From Lepidodermella squamata (taxonomy: Eukaryota; Animalia; Gastrotricha): 64,000 nucleotides of DNA. Within the stretch, counting starts at the first letter, position 1, and each line of letters opens with the position of its first letter. Shown here piece by piece: positions 12,529 to 23,264 of this stretch. Made by a program: the position numbers and the translations under genes. The notes under the pieces were generated by a model. It was given only the letters and a program-made list of their open reading frames with translations. It was not told where the DNA came from and did no database searches. The DNA is taken from contig JBLDXI010000042.1 in the NCBI GenBank assembly GCA_047495785.1, forward strand, positions 4,216,001 to 4,280,000. The letters run 5' to 3'.

Positions 12529-12940
12529 ATATCTGCTCTGCTTGCTGGGAAATTCACGCTTAACTGAAGTTCTTAATGAACGGAAAATGATTCATCCGCT
12601 CTCTTCGCGATGAGTTTAGCTATGAAGTGCAGCCAAGTCGCATCCCGAAGAAGATATGTGTTTACTGAAAACAGCCTCGATTAATGCTTCAGAGTTGAGT
12701 ACGATTTGCTGTATCTCTGAAATATGAGTTTACCCTAATTCAAACTACCTGTAGCAGTACTGTACTCATTCTCATAGTCCTACTATTACTCCTTAATTTA
12801 TGCAAGTTGCCTTTCGATCGATTGGCATCAGTCAAATCGCTCAGTTGTAAACAATTAATGAATTAATGTGGCTTCGCCCAATCATGGGCCAATCGCAGTT
12901 AATGAAGCGTATTTAATAGAAGTAAAAGCGCAGTTTACAA
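12529..12940 (+). pseudogene. Remnant (last codons plus 3' flank) of a third PQQ-like propeller paralog
   Basis: Diverged duplicate of about 11463-11865, encoding ISALLAGKFTLN* versus ISALLAVKFMLN*. Everything upstream is replaced by the MULE fragment. Confidence 0.75.
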
Positions 12941-13611
12941 GATCAAAGATCGTGTTGCAAATTTGAGTTTAACGATTTCTTAAGTGTGGTCAACCGTTTT
13001 CGGCAAAATCCACCGTGCCGTGTAGTTCACGGGGCAGCTTTTGCGATAGTTTTGAAGCATTAAAAGCGCCAAAAACAGTAAAAGACTTTTGAGGCTGATT
13101 ATAATCCAAACGTTTCCAGAAGATTTCACTACATTGGTTTTTAATTTTCTAATTCATTGAATGGGGGCAGTCGAAAAACCTTCCAATGGATACTGATAAT
13201 CGTCTGTCTTGATTCATTTTTATCAGTTGTAGTTTGCTTGTCCTTGTTGGCACAGCTCGTTTGTGTGGCATTTAAGAAAAAATGTATCAGTAAATAAAAA
13301 AGGGTCATTGCTTTCAGAAACCATACTCCTGACAAAAGCATAAATTAGCTGACAAAAGACGAAAATTAGCCAACAAAAACCCACCTTTTAGTCCGGGTAA
13401 GCAAAACCCGGACTACAACGTATGACGAAGTAGCCGCTCTGCAAAGAATTTCGGATATCCACTGCGCACTTAAAAGCCCAACTTTCTGGCCCACCCCGCA
13501 AGTCCGTTTATCGCCTGATGGAACTGATAAGAAAAAAGTAGGGCATTAATCAGTAAGAGAGCGGCTTTGTTTTATAGCAACGTTTATTCCGCTTCCAACA
13601 CATTACCCGAA

Positions 13612-14904
13612 ATGAGAATCGCTGTTGCTTTATCAGTTTTAGGTATCCTAAATTCGTCTACGCTAGCTGATGAGTGGTGGACGAACTTGGGTGGTGATTC
13701 TTCACATTCCGGCTTCAAACCAGACACTCTCGGCGTAGCCTCCCCAGCCAAAGAATTCAGCAGACGCTGGGAAACGGAATTCAGCTTCGATAATGCAGCT
13801 TCAATAATAGGTCAGCCTCTGGTCTTTCAGGGAAGGATCTACGTGCAAACCGAAGACGGTAGAATCTACATTATCAGAGAAACAGATGGCAAATTCACTG
13901 GGACAGTTAAGCTCGAAAGCCCAGACGAGTCGATGCAAAGGATAACACAGCCTTTGGTTTGCTACAGCAGTAATGGCCGGCCGTATCTGATATCGCTAAT
14001 CAATACATACAATCGATTGAAAACCGTGTTTTTCGCCGTTGACATTGAAACGCTGCAAGTAACTAGCAAAACTTTCGATTCATCAGGAGAAGCTCTTTCT
14101 ATTGGAAGATTTGTAATGTCATGCAGCCGCAAGTATGGTATGCTATACTCTGCAGGGTTGCAAAAATCTGAGCAAGTTATGGCGCTTTCAGTACCTGATT
14201 TTCGGCAACAGTTCGACGTGTCGTACTTCCTTAATCCTGCTACCTCATCATCTATCTATAATGACGAAAGGCTCTTTGTCGCATCTTCAGGCTGGCTCTA
14301 TGAGTTGAATCCTCTCACAGGTGATCAGTTGAATAACGTATCTCTGAATTCGAACACCCTTGGATATTGGGTACCTATAATTGTCGACAATATGCTGCTA
14401 GCCGCCAGTTTTTCTGATCGTGGAACAGATTTGTATTGCATAGACCTTTCAGCCGCAACGCCTACTGTGAAATGGAGCCTTCCAGCTATCACGAATCTAA
14501 CTCTTCGGCCAATGATTGCTAGCGATGGAAATTTTACATATTTCGTTAGACACGAGGATAAAGCATCGATTGCAGTCATACGGAATAGTGATGGTAAGTG
14601 GGTCAATACCATGAAATGCCAAGCAAGAGATTCGGTCGGTGGCGATTTCGTGGTGACAAATGACTACGTCTTTGCTGGGCTCTGCTATAGCGTTGTGGCT
14701 TTCGACAAGGCAAGCAGTCAAATAGCGATGCAGACAACATTTACCGCTAGGCACATGACTTACCACGACGGAACGGTCTATATCATTAGGTATTTTGTAC
14801 CCCCAGCCATCGGGGCCTACAGAGTTAACAGCGCGGCGACGTTCGGTAAAGGGCCATTTCTATTATTGACTGTTTTGCTGGCTGTTGTGTTTCAGACGTT
14901 ATGA
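13612..14904 (+). CDS. Secreted, probably GPI-anchored PQQ-like beta-propeller protein B, intronless
   Basis: Colinear paralog of protein A (WWTNLGGDSSHSGF, QPLVFQG, RPYLIS, ASDGNFTYFV, TYHDGTVY); signal peptide and hydrophobic tail. Confidence 0.8.
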   Translation: MRIAVALSVLGILNSSTLADEWWTNLGGDSSHSGFKPDTLGVASPAKEFSRRWETEFSFDNAASIIGQPLVFQGRIYVQTEDGRIYIIRETDGKFTGTVKLESPDESMQRITQPLVCYSSNGRPYLISLINTYNRLKTVFFAVDIETLQVTSKTFDSSGEALSIGRFVMSCSRKYGMLYSAGLQKSEQVMALSVPDFRQQFDVSYFLNPATSSSIYNDERLFVASSGWLYELNPLTGDQLNNVSLNSNTLGYWVPIIVDNMLLAASFSDRGTDLYCIDLSAATPTVKWSLPAITNLTLRPMIASDGNFTYFVRHEDKASIAVIRNSDGKWVNTMKCQARDSVGGDFVVTNDYVFAGLCYSVVAFDKASSQIAMQTTFTARHMTYHDGTVYIIRYFVPPAIGAYRVNSAATFGKGPFLLLTVLLAVVFQTL

Positions 14905-15339
14905 TTGCCATTTTACTTGATTAGTTGATTCAATAGCGTGATTATTGGACCTTTCCGAACTTCGAAAAGCTTGATTTTAGGTGAAATGCCGAAAAATAAA
15001 AAAATGACCCTATTTTTCAAAATTGCGTAGGTTGTAACTAGGTACCGAAACGCATCGCGGGCACGATCCTACACCATCGCAATCTGTCTTATTCGCCATC
15101 AAAATCAGGTGGCTATAGAGCAAATATATGCGGGCATATAATCCGCGCGTGGGGTTAGGCACCTCGAAAATGTTCCCCCATGACTTTGTCGGTGAAAAAA
15201 AGAAAATTTTTGTGTATATTGCACGTCAATTTTTTTATTTTTGAGGCGGTTGGCTCAGCTGTCGTTTCCCCTTCATATAACCCCGATTTTCGGAGGTTAA
15301 TCTCAGTTCAAATTACATTTTCCCTCGAAAATTTCCATA

Positions 15340-15762
15340 ATGAGCCTCCAAGTTGTTTGCTTCGCTCTGGCCGTCGCGTTTGCCAATGCTATCATTGTGC
15401 CCGGGGATAACAGCCCGCGTCTCGAGCCCGATTCCGAAGCCGTCAACCAGTACTACGCCGATCACAGCAATGGCGAGTTGTTCGCTACTGGTAATATCAT
15501 CGAAATCGCCAGTGCTGAGGAGTGCGATAGCGCGTGCACGGATATGGGCGAGCATCTCAAGTTTTCGCAGTACTTCCAACCCATCCAGTACTGCAACTGC
15601 TTCAACCACCACCCGGACAAATTTGTGGCTGACTACACCCAGGGCGAGGAGGCCTGCAAGGAGGTGTGCCAGAAGAAGAACCTGCCCCACCACTACGACC
15701 AGGGTGAATACGAGTACGGCAGCTGCGAGTGCTACAAGGACGCTGGTGACAGGCCTAATTAA
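15340..15762 (+). CDS. Secreted Cys-rich protein with two CxxxC...CxC units (family member 2)
   Basis: Signal peptide MSLQVVCFALAVAFANA; EECDSAC...CNCF and EACKEVC...CECY; strong C/G third-position bias; acidic. Confidence 0.9.
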   Translation: MSLQVVCFALAVAFANAIIVPGDNSPRLEPDSEAVNQYYADHSNGELFATGNIIEIASAEECDSACTDMGEHLKFSQYFQPIQYCNCFNHHPDKFVADYTQGEEACKEVCQKKNLPHHYDQGEYEYGSCECYKDAGDRPN

Positions 15763-16475
15763 ATAAGGCAAAAATAATCAATGATGATGCCGATGTCAAT
15801 AATATAGCTTATAGCTAACTCAGCAACAAATAATGGTGCCGGTGAGCTTGTTTTAATCACCATACGGTTTAGGGTATCAATTGCTTGAATTTTCGGACTT
15901 CGAGCGCTGAAAAGCCGAATAAAGCTAAATCAGAATATATAACCTAATTTTTAATTTACCTAATTTGAATTAACTAATTAACTTTCTTCAGCTTTAATCG
16001 ACCAAGCCCCCAAGTCCATACAATCTATTTTTTCAGCAAATCAGGCCATTCGGCAAACACGTGGTGCCCGACTGACATTCAAAATTCCCAACATGCGGCT
16101 GAAAACGGGTCAGATTAGCCTCGCTTATCGGGGTCCTACTTTTTTTTAACAAACTTCCTTTGTACATACATTGTCCTTACCATCGTCCTATTGATATTCT
16201 TGCTTATACTGAATTACCTCCGGCTTGTACTTGTGGATTTAATGCTTGCCACAGCGCGAACGCGTGCCGTCAAATTGTTTATAAACACCTGATTTCAATA
16301 ACGGATGAACGTGTATGTAGCAAGCTGCTGTCGATCTCAAATAATTGTTAATTTTTTGTACATCTACTTGACTCTTGAATTCTGAACAGGACCGAATAAT
16401 CATGACTTGTTGCTACCTTTTTTCTCATTGACAATTTTTTATAACCGAGCTCTCAACTGTGGGATAAATGCTCTT

Positions 16476-16502
16476 AAATAAATAAATAAATAAATAAATA
16501 AA
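16476..16502. repeat. (TAAA)n microsatellite
   Basis: About 6-7 tandem TAAA units. Confidence 0.9.
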
Positions 16503-17365
16503 TTTTTTATTCGTGAATAGGTTTATTTAGTGAGTACAAATCCCTAATTTTTTAGCCGGGAGTCTAGGTGACTATAAAATTAGCCATAAATCAAGGTAAA
16601 ATTATCCGGACTTGGGAAACCGGAATTCGATATTCAAAAAGTCCCCAATAATTCTGCATTAGGGGAATATTTTTTCCAATAATTCAACTAGCTGCCAAAG
16701 TAGGAAAGCCTAAAAAGTGGCAAAAATTTAGGGCGCAATGCTCAATATCGCTCATCGGTCAAACAGACAACGGATTTATGAAGAAAAGAATATCGGCTGC
16801 AGTGGTGGTTATTGTAAGCCCCCTGCAGAAATCCTCCAATTTTTAGAGAAGCATGACAGCATGGCCAAATTCTTTGGAAAATCACCGAAGAGTTACTGCA
16901 GCTTTGGACTTGCCACTTAAGGCTTTTTCACACTACGGTAAAGGAAAAAGTAAAGTAAAAAAGCGTTAACCGGTCGCGTGCTCGTTGAAGTGATGTTGAG
17001 ATTTCGTAGTGTGAACGCTTGAGGTGAAGCATTTTTTGTACATTTTTTTGTAAATAATCTTTTCTCAGATCGGTTTTCTGATTTTTTAATTAAAAACGCG
17101 CCATTTTGTTTGCGACCGTCATAAAAGGGCTAGCAAATTCTGCATAAGCGGTTTCAGTTTCTTGTAAAAGGGTTAAAAATGACACCGAATAAAGTAGGTA
17201 TTTTGAAAATGCCCTGATTTTCAAAAAATGCATTGTGTCCCGTCAAAGCGCCATGGGTCTAAATTCTGAATAATTGCACTAATAAAATTGAATTCTAGCA
17301 CTATACAATTAAGCGTCGGGTGAATAGCGATACCTTTCTGAACCTGGGAATTCTACATTTTAAAT

Positions 17366-19953
17366 GGGTGTGCCAACTGCACCTACTAAAAATAAGGTTC
17401 CGGCACTAAATTTGAAAGTCACTCGCACTAATCCTATTTGCGACTAAATCAACACCTCCAGCACTAAAAATGCGTAGCCACCACCTAATTTTGCTTTAAT
17501 TAGAACTGAGAATATACCATCAAGAGATCATCATTTATTAGTTTACAAATTTTTGAAATCATTGCTTTCTTTTACAGCTGAGCAATCCGACTCGCTACGG
17601 ATGAATGGCTCATTAAACAATTAAAAATAAATAGCTCAGTCTTGGACCACCAGGGCGGGTTGAGCTTTTCGTTTGCGGCCTCGCTTAGCTTTAGGCCCAA
17701 GCGGCAGCTGCTCGGCAAGTTCGACCGGGAAAGAAACGTCGCCCAGGCGCATCTGTATACCAAGGACGTGGTAACAGTGGTAAGTTTTGAGAAAATTCCA
17801 GCAATTGCACACTTGCTGCTCACCGTCGATCAAAACCATCCTATTAATACAAATAACCTATTAATACGCCATAAAAACTTGAAAGAATTCTCACCCGAAA
17901 CGCTTATTGAACTTGGAGAACGAGTCGAAATCAGGCCACGAGAATTTCGAGAATATTTCAGCCACCTGAGGGCCAACATCTTTGTCTAGAGGCTTGTTTC
18001 TTGCCAAGAGAGCTTCCCAGACAGCTTGAGACAGCTCGTCCTTCGGTGGATTCGACTTCGGCGGTCGACCACGGGCTCGCTTCGCTGGCGGGGGTCCCTT
18101 CGGGACAGCGGCAGCAGCAGCAGTAGCAGCAACACCTTCTGCCAAAGCTGACTGCTTCGTCCACACGTACAGAGTTCCATTGCCGCTCGGCTGCGATCGA
18201 AGACCGGTGCCAACATCTCGAGCCCAGACACGCGCCTTTTCCCAAACTTCGTCCTTGATTGTTGGCGCTGTGAAGAACTTCTTGTAGTTGACGCACTTCT
18301 TGTTCCGCTCCCACGACCAGCGACCGAGCATCTTTTTCGCAACTTCAAGCAGCTGCATGACGGGCAGACGACTCCGAAAGGTGTAATCGGTCTTGATGCG
18401 GCCGTTCTTGCCTTCTTGGCCGTTGTTGTTGACCATTGAGCCGATAGCGTAGCCTTGGTACCACGTGTTGTTCTTGTCCAGGTACTGCTTCTTGAAAGCC
18501 GCCAAACACGCCGCCGCTTCCGGCACCGCCTCCCATTTGCTGACAAACAACTGAGACACGACCTGGAACACAGCAGGCGACCAGCACAGTTGCATGGAGT
18601 AGACGTCGTCCTTGAATTGATCGCGCAGCTTGGTGTCTTTGATCGTTGGTAGATACTCTTGCTTGAGATTTTTCGTGACATGAAACCAGCAGATGGCGTG
18701 CTTCACTTCGGCAAACACTGCTCGGATCGCCCTCCTAATCGCCTTAGCAGCGTCTGAGACGGCGAGCGCCGGAAGCCATTCGGACAAGTGGTCTTTGACC
18801 GCTCTCAGCACGAACTCGTAGTCGTCCTCAGCCTCGCCGGTGCACACCGCCACCATAATCGGGTGAAAATGTCGGTCCTAATGAGGAAATTGTAAAAAAT
18901 TAAAAAAAATTGATAAGAATCGACAGCAATACGAACCTTGTCACTGAAGCCAACCAAGATGACCGGGTAACCGTTGACGTTGGTCTTGTACGTCGCGTCG
19001 ATGTGAAGGTCGTGTGCGCCGACCTTCTTGGCGTATTTACTGAGCCGGCGCGTCGTTAGTGCGATTCGACACACGCTTTTCTTCTCATCGATTTGATCAT
19101 AGTTGAAGTAGGAGGACACTACGAAAGGGTCATCCCTTGACGTTGTAGACTCCTTGGAGTGCTCCTCAGCAAAATGGCGTAGCGCGGCGATGCTGACCTT
19201 CGTCGGGCCGTGGTGTTTCTTCCGAAGGGTGGCCAAGTAACTCGAGAGTTGCGAATCCTTCGGCTCTGGAATTCCTTTTTCCCTGAACGCCATTAAAATC
19301 GAGAGAGGCTTTGTTTTACCGTCAAGGAAAAGCTTATCGATGATGCGCCGAGTTGCTGGGGGCAAACCGCGTTGTTTTTCTTTCTTCGGTTGCGAATGAT
19401 CATGGTTGACGTCGTTTTCTTCCAGCGACACGTACAGCGAATCGGCATGAATAACTTTTCGGAGCTTACTTTCGCAACCAGGGTGTGAGCAGTCGAAGTA
19501 GTGCATCATGCCGCGGTTGGTGAGGTACGAGCGGCCGTTATTCCACCACCAAGCTGTGCCGGTGTCCGCGACGTGATCGTCGGCAGCCTCCTCGTCCTCA
19601 AACTGTTGAACACACGTCCAGACCTGCTCCTTGCCGCGTCGACGACTGGCTGGTTGCGGCGGCGGCAGATTTTCGGCCGTATCGATGATTAAGAGGGGCA
19701 CTTTCAGAATAATAACCAAGAAATAATAATGACGAGATGATGATGATGCAGTTGATGATATGATGACTGAGCCGCCTTAAATATTGCTCGGCGGCGCGCC
19801 TAAGCTATTATTTAGTGCCACACCGACTATTTATTGCTGGATTCATTATTTAGGTGGCGCGAAGATTTAGTGCCGCCTGTTTGCATTTTAGGTGGACGCA
19901 CTCACAAATTTAGTGCTGGAACCTCATTTTAGGTGGTGCACTTATTTAGACCC
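17366..19953 (-). mobile_element. Mutator/MULE DNA transposon, 2.6 kb, near complete
   Basis: Imperfect TIRs (GGGTGTGCCAACTGCACC... / ...GGTGCACTTATTTAGACCC). Exact 9-bp TSD ATTTTAAAT at 17357-17365 and 19954-19962. Encloses a transposase gene. Confidence 0.92.
17636..19680 (-). CDS. MULE transposase with AT-hook-like motif and SWIM finger, 3 exons; start codon uncertain
   Basis: Introns 18878-18936 and 17841-17894 join in frame. LHIDATYK, VSDAAKAI, CWFH, NNGQEGKN (DDE core with CxxH); RGRPPK; CNCWNFLKTYHCYH. Confidence 0.88.
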
Positions 19954-20555
19954 ATTTTAAATTTCAGAATATCTTTTAGCGGAACCAAAGTCAAAATATG
20001 CAAATCATTTATTGAATAATTCTACGAATTTTAGGCGAAGCTTCAATTCTGAATTGAGCGCTCTGTCTTAATGTTGCGCTAAATTTACTGGTGATTTTTA
20101 ATGTTCCCAATCTTGGCCCGCAAGAAATATCCGAAAAGCGATGTCAGGCCACTAGAAAATTCCAAAGTTTGGTTCCGCTGACAGCAAATTTGGTTCAGCT
20201 AAAAGGAGGACCCTTAAATGAAAAAATCAAATTTGAAATGAAAAAATTTAAATTTTGAGTTACATAATCCCGAATTCCGGAAAAGCAATCGGAAATGTGT
20301 CTCATATTTTTTTAAATATTATTTTCTAATTACGTGTGAATTTTCCAAGGTCAAAAATCTATCAACTAAAAATGGGCTCAGCTTACGCAAGTCAGTTCCT
20401 TGTTTGTTTCGCAATTTTCCACTCGCAACACTCGCGCTGTGTGGCCTATTATTGCGCATTTGTCCCTAGAAACATTTCTATACTGCGAGATTGGTATAAA
20501 AACCCAATATTTTCCCTATTTCTCCATCATCACTCAGCAATCACTCAGTTCCACA

Positions 20556-21919
20556 ATGCAATTCAAGCTATTTTTCGTATTTTTAGTCGCCGGTGCGGTG
20601 TTTGGCAAGGAAGAAAGCGCCGAAAAACAACGCGAAACAATCTGCCGCGAATGCCAAATCGAGCTGGAAGAAGCGAAGAAGGAATTCCACGATCGCAAGG
20701 AAGACATCAAGAAGGAACACGATCAGGAGTGGTCACGAAGCAGCGACAAGAAAACTGGCTTCAAGCTGGACGACAAGACCAAGTCAGTCCTTACCGACGA
20801 CAAGGTGTCCCAGCCCGAGTTCATTTTCGAGAAGATGCTCGAGTTCTTCCTGAAAAACCCAAGCCGGCAGTTCGAACGCGAATGCTACGACAAAATCAAG
20901 CCTGGCGAATCGGTTGATTTCGTCATCGATATCGCGCCAAGCCCGGCCGATGACAAGCTGGACCGAATCGCCGCCGAGTCGCCGTTGGCCTACTACCTGA
21001 CCGTGAAGCATGAAGCCGTCTCGCCGGCCTACTTCAACGCCATTCAACACTTCATTGACGCTGTGACTTTTAGCATGAAGCCAGAAGCAACGCATGCCGT
21101 AATTTACAACGATGGGCGAAAATTTGTGATTCGCGGCAAGGAGACGCGGGCGCCTATCAGCGCGGCCCTGAGTGGCGCCAGGGGTGATTTCAGTGATGCG
21201 AAGCGCGGGTTGAAGACCATGTGGCCGGTGGCAAGCAAGGTGTCGGTTAAGGAAACGTCGATTCTCAGCTCGGTGGTCAAGAATAACCTCGGCCGAATGA
21301 CTAAGCTGGCGCTATGGAACCGCGACAATGGCCTGCCAACAGGTAGTTAACATGTTTCAAATTTCAAAATTTGTTTAAAAAAATCCAAATTATTATAATT
21401 TGAAAAAAATTTTAAAATTTTTCAAATCAAATTTTAAATTTTCAGAAATTGAAGTTTTTAAAATCTTTTTCAAATTTGTTCGTGAAATTTTTTAATCGTA
21501 TTTTAATATTATTCGGAAGTTTTTAAAACAAAATTCGAAATATTACTATTTTTTTAATTTCATGAATTTTTTATTTCGAATTTCAAATTTGATCGCTAAT
21601 TTTTATTTTTTTTCAATTTTCCTAATTTTTTATTTTGAATTTTTGTATTCATTTTTCAGTTCTTTCCTCGATCCGTCGCTCCAAGCCGGTTTACACGATT
21701 CTGATCACCGACGGTGCTTCCGGGGCGAAAATCGACGACCTGGTCGACGATGTGACCACGACTACCGTCATCGACATTGGCGACCGGCGCTTTGTCAAGA
21801 ACCTAGAGTGGAACGACATGCATCGCCTGGTCAACCTTGTGTCACTCAACGCCCCGCAGCAGCTGATGGCCGTGGTTGAAACGTGCCGGTTTGCGGCTGT
21901 TCGGGCTTGCGGTTGCTGA
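20556..21919 (+). CDS. Secreted protein with charged helical N-terminus and divergent vWA-like domain, 2 exons
   Basis: Signal peptide MQFKLFFVFLVAGAVFG. Exons 20556-21342 and 21660-21919 join in frame across an AT-rich 317-nt intron. VDFVIDIAPS and ILITDG resemble vWA strands 1 and 4. Confidence 0.7.
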
Positions 21920-23023
21920 ACATATCAATTTTTACTACAAGTGACTTGTCTTGATTACATCTTGATATTAAAAAGGCGGTTCAGGCTATCTTAAATTCAC
22001 AATAAAATTGGAAATTAAAGTGAAAGACTTGGTCAAATTTTGTTGAATAACAACGCCTATTAGGGCTAGACAGGCTAAAACAACCTGCCGACATAACGCA
22101 AGAGATCCATAGAAAAATTTCGAATGAATGGAAAGCTAGTAGCATGTCCCAGAAGTTGCGCAACTATTTGTTTATTTCGCAACTTTTTGTATAGTAAACT
22201 CAATCGATTTTTGTTTATTGAACCTGCTGAGAGAATATTCCATCTTTTATCAGCGATTTAACTTAAGAAATGAAAAATTTACCAGAGAAAACCCGGATAA
22301 CCCCGATGGTCTCCGGTTCGGTAATTTTCGGTATTTTACCCGGTTGGACCGAATTTCTCCAAACTTTTTTGATCCCATTAACAAGTGACTTACTTGATTA
22401 CCATGTTCGTGAGTTTTTTACTTTTCTTTCATTTTATGGCCATGAGAATTTACTTCGTCTCTCAATACATATAGAGTTTCTGAACCTTTTTCCGTGTATT
22501 TCCTTTGCTTTTGCGTTACTTATATGGGACACGCTGTATGATGAACCTTTTAGAGAACGAGAAAAAGCTAGAAAAATAGGTAGCTGCTCTTTTATCTTGC
22601 TAATCAGTTGACAAGTTTGTCCACTTTTTTGCGGTGGATCTTTGGAACAAAGCATTTGAATTACCCAGAAACTTCAGAATATACTAATCAGTAGACGCGC
22701 CAATATTTCATCATTGGATTCGCTGATTCCGACCTTGGTACTGGTTCCAAGCAGAGGTTTAGAAGGCTATTACGAAGCAATTCCCCCAGGAAGAGTGAAC
22801 ACTTATCCGCGTGTAGAAATCGATGGAACATTTTCGATGACGTAGTTTATACTTCCCTGGTTTAGTTGAATGCTACCGGCGAATACATTTTTAGGAAATA
22901 ATACCTGCATAAACTGGTCCAAGTTGCTAAAATTTGGATGGTCAAACTAGTTTTACTAGCTCTAGAGGTCTCGAGATTTGTTATGTGCTCTTTTTTCCAG
23001 CCGCATTCATCGTCGCAAATAGC

Positions 23024-23069
23024 AAAGCTCGAAAAAGCTCGAAAAAGCTCGAAAAAGCTCGAAAAAGCT
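23024..23069. repeat. 10-bp tandem repeat (AAAGCTCGAA) x about 4.5
   Basis: Directly visible. Confidence 0.9.
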
Positions 23070-23264
23070 ATATAACATCAGTTTTTACAAATAATGACCT
23101 GAATTTCGGAAGCTAAATAAATATTTTTCGTGAAATTATATATTCATCTAGATTTGAGTAACAAAACGGAGTTGTTTTCCTTTACAGCAGATATTCAAAG
23201 TATTAAACGATATTTTAGTACATTTTTAAAATGTCGGAGATTGATTTTTAGGCGTGTTGAATAG

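Noticed and set aside
15313-15771. Overlapping 152-aa minus and 137-aa plus ORFs
   Set aside because: By-products of the GC3-biased real gene at 15340-15762.
17958-18681. Several alternative-frame ORFs inside the MULE
   Set aside because: Shadows of GC-rich transposase codons; no independent motifs.
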